Positions 21,848 to 24,000 of a DNA stretch of 24,000 nt are shown in pieces; position 1 is the first letter of the stretch; each line of letters starts with the position of its first letter. The stretch spans positions 1-24,000 of the forward strand of contig JBNJFD010000008.1 in assembly GCA_051746525.1 (NCBI GenBank), given 5' to 3'. A program made the position numbers and the translations under genes. Source of the DNA: Bacillota bacterium (lineage in GTDB: Bacteria; Bacillota; Halanaerobiia; Halobacteroidales; Halobacteroidaceae). The notes under the pieces were generated by a model. The model was not told the DNA's origin. It worked only from the letters and a program-made list of their open reading frames with translations, and did not search any database.

Positions 21848-22630
21848 ATGTTGGATTGGGTTAAAGAAAAGTTATTTAAAAGATCAAAAAGCAAAGAGGA
21901 TTTTGAGCAGGAACTAAGTCAAGAAGTGATTCCTAATCACATAGCTGTTATTATGGATGGTAATGGGCGCTGGGCTCAACAAAGAGATTTAGCACGCAGC
22001 AGGGGTCATCAAAGAGGAGTAAATACACTTAAAGAAATAGTAAGAACAGCTGCTGATTTAGGAGTTGATTATTTTACTGTTTATGCTTTTTCAACAGAAA
22101 ATTGGAAGCGACCCAGCAAAGAAGTAGAGTTTCTAATGGATTTATTTAAAAAAACATTTCAACAGGAATTAGATAATTTTCAAACTGAAAACATTAAAGT
22201 TAAAGTGATTGGTTATAAAGATAGATTACCTCAAACTGTTCTTGATAGTATTGAAAAATTGACAGCAGTAACTAAAGATAATACAGGGTTACAGCTGAAT
22301 ATTGCTTTAGATTATGGCGGCAGAGCTGAAATTGTTGAAGCTGCTAAGAGTTTAGCTAACAAAATTGAAAAAGATGAACTACAAGTTGAAGATATCACGG
22401 AAGAAAAATTTTCACAGCAGTTATATATTACTGCAGGACAAGAAGTTGATTTATTAATTCGTCCTGGCGGAGAAAAAAGAATTAGTAATTTTTTATTGTG
22501 GCAGCTTGCTTATTCGGAGCTCTATTTTACTGATACATATTGGCCTGAATTTAGTGAAGTAGAATTTAAAGCAGCTATTAAAGAATATCAAAATAGAAAT
22601 CGGCGTTATGGCGGAATTCAAGGAAAGTAG
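21848..22630 (+). CDS. uppS: Undecaprenyl-diphosphate synthase (cis-isoprenyl transferase)
   Basis: HIAVIMDGNGRWA, GH..G, TVYAFSTENWKRP, and LLIRPGGE.RISNFLLWQLAYSELYFTD.YWPEF. Confidence 0.97.
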   Translation: MLDWVKEKLFKRSKSKEDFEQELSQEVIPNHIAVIMDGNGRWAQQRDLARSRGHQRGVNTLKEIVRTAADLGVDYFTVYAFSTENWKRPSKEVEFLMDLFKKTFQQELDNFQTENIKVKVIGYKDRLPQTVLDSIEKLTAVTKDNTGLQLNIALDYGGRAEIVEAAKSLANKIEKDELQVEDITEEKFSQQLYITAGQEVDLLIRPGGEKRISNFLLWQLAYSELYFTDTYWPEFSEVEFKAAIKEYQNRNRRYGGIQGK

Positions 22631-22639
22631 GGTGATATT

Positions 22640-23443
22640 ATGCTAAAGTATAGGGTTTTAAGTGCTGTTATTGCTATTCCTATATTAATTTTGATTTTTA
22701 AATTAGGTGGATTTTTGTTTTTAGCTTTAAATTTAATTGTAGTAACTTTAGGAATTAATGAATATTTTAAATTAGTAGAACATAAAGGAGTTAGAGTTAA
22801 TAAGTTTTTAGGAATTATTTTAGGATTAATATTAATTATTATTACATATCAATTTGCTAATGCTCAATATTTATACGGCGCATTAATTTTAGGATTAATA
22901 ATTATATTATTAAAGCAAATATTAGTTAAAAGAAATAAATCAGCTATTTTTTCTACAGCTTTAACTTATTTTGGAGTCTGTTATGTTGCTGGTTTGTTTT
23001 CTCACTTGATTTTGTTATATAATTTAGATATAGCTAATCATAGTGGCAAGTTAATTGTTATAATTCCTATTTTAGCTACTTGGTTTACAGATACTGGAGC
23101 TTATTTCATTGGTTTGAATTTAGGAAAAAAGGCTTTAGCTCCTAAAATTAGCCCTAAAAAAACAATTGAAGGGGCTGTTGGAGGATTATTGAGTAGTATC
23201 TTTGTAACAGTATTATTAGCTCTTTATTTTAATATTGCTCTTTATCATGGAATGTTATTAGGGGTTTTAATAGGTGTTGTAGCTCAATTAGGTGATTTAT
23301 CTGCATCGGCATTTAAAAGAGATTCAGAAATTAAAGATTCAGGTGATATAATTCCTGGGCATGGTGGGATTTTAGATCGAATTGATAGTTTATTATTTGT
23401 ATTACCTGTAGTTTATTATTATTTGTTATGGGTAATAAAATAA
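22640..23443 (+). CDS. cdsA: Phosphatidate cytidylyltransferase (CDP-diglyceride synthase)
   Basis: Polytopic membrane protein with the CTP-transferase signature SAFKRDSEIKDSGDIIPGHGGILDRIDS and upstream TDTGAYFIG...GK. Canonical position after uppS. Confidence 0.93.
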   Translation: MLKYRVLSAVIAIPILILIFKLGGFLFLALNLIVVTLGINEYFKLVEHKGVRVNKFLGIILGLILIIITYQFANAQYLYGALILGLIIILLKQILVKRNKSAIFSTALTYFGVCYVAGLFSHLILLYNLDIANHSGKLIVIIPILATWFTDTGAYFIGLNLGKKALAPKISPKKTIEGAVGGLLSSIFVTVLLALYFNIALYHGMLLGVLIGVVAQLGDLSASAFKRDSEIKDSGDIIPGHGGILDRIDSLLFVLPVVYYYLLWVIK

Positions 23444-23481
23444 TAACCGAGTCTAAAGGAATTAATATTTGAGGTGGGAAT

Positions 23482-24000
23482 ATGAAAAGAATTTATAAAA
23501 TAAGCTTAAGCGTTTTAGGATTAGTAATTGCTAGTGTTTTTATTTTAAAATATGCCCTAGTTTATTTGCTGCCTTTTGTGATTGGAATTTTAATTGCTAG
23601 TCTAATTGAGCCTGCAGTTGTTTTTTTTCAAAACAAGGCTAATTTTTCTAGAGGTGTTGCTATTGCTGTAGTGCTGGTAATATTGATTATTTTTATTAGC
23701 CTAGTATTAACTTTTACTATGTCACGCTTGTTTATTGAATTAGATGAATTAGTCAAGGAGTTCCCATCTTATCGAAGTATTGGTAATAGTTTTAGTAACT
23801 GGTTTCAACAGCGACATCAAGAGTATAGTTCTTTAGCTGAGACTTGGGAAATTCCTGAGCCAGTAAGAAGTACTATAAATAATAATTTCCAAGAGATATA
23901 TGCACAATTTAAAAGCTGGATTCAACAATTAGTTACAATGTTACTGCAATTAATAAGAAAATTACCTAAGCTAATTACTGTTTTAATAATCAGTTTAATT
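23482..24000 (+). CDS. Polytopic membrane protein, 5' fragment (AI-2E/UPF0118 transporter family, YtvI-like); continues beyond the window
   Basis: GAGGTGGG RBS, ATG at 23482, and an open frame through base 24000 (173 codons). N-terminal LLPFVIGILIASLIEPAVVFFQNK and several hydrophobic helices resemble PerM/YtvI-type permeases. The assignment is by pattern only. Confidence 0.5.
   Translation, partial: MKRIYKISLSVLGLVIASVFILKYALVYLLPFVIGILIASLIEPAVVFFQNKANFSRGVAIAVVLVILIIFISLVLTFTMSRLFIELDELVKEFPSYRSIGNSFSNWFQQRHQEYSSLAETWEIPEPVRSTINNNFQEIYAQFKSWIQQLVTMLLQLIRKLPKLITVLIISLI

Noticed and set aside
1-24000. Search for CRISPR repeats, IS/transposon ends, integrase/recombinase genes, toxin-antitoxin pairs, restriction or other defence modules, and tRNA/rRNA genes.
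   Set aside because: I saw no direct-repeat arrays, no inverted terminal repeats flanking genes, no nuclease, helicase or methylase-like ORFs, and no cloverleaf-like GC-rich segments. Every sizeable ORF is accounted for by flagellar, chemotaxis or housekeeping functions, or by the small hypothetical genes listed above.

Overview
This AT-rich window is tightly packed and all of its convincing genes lie on the + strand. It looks like a low-GC Firmicute genome. A Clostridia or Halanaerobiales-like origin is only a guess from gene order, codon bias and many acidic insertions. Bases 1-18423 are the distal part of a large flagellar/chemotaxis (fla/che-type) operon: flgE (3' end), flbD, motA, motB, fliL, fliM, fliY, fliO, fliP, fliQ, fliR, flhB, flhA, flhF, flhG, a PilZ protein, cheC, cheD, a small membrane protein, sigD/fliA, a DUF342/FapA-like protein, and three small uncharacterised genes. 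Most junctions are short gaps or overlaps, which suggests translational coupling. Bases 18470-23443 hold the conserved housekeeping block rpsB, tsf, pyrH, frr, uppS and cdsA. This block has a near-consensus sigma-A promoter, a roughly 130-nt rpsB leader and hairpin terminators. The window ends with the 5' part of a polytopic membrane protein (AI-2E/YtvI-like). I found no rRNA, tRNA, CRISPR array, transposase, integrase, phage gene or defence-like gene. This is a core, syntenic region rather than an accessory island. The parts that are not textbook are: (i) a flbD ORF missing from the ORF track because it can only start at ATT/ATA; (ii) a coupled tail of poorly characterised genes after sigD (a Jag_N-like+DUF342 protein, a Q/E/K-rich protein, a TM+HTH-like protein, and a TM protein carrying only a YceG/MltG-type N-terminal domain); (iii) a PilZ c-di-GMP receptor embedded after flhG; (iv) a 2-TM orphan between cheD and sigD; and (v) low-complexity Q-rich and acidic insertions in FliY, FlhA and RpsB. 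All family assignments come from motif recognition by eye, not from database searches.
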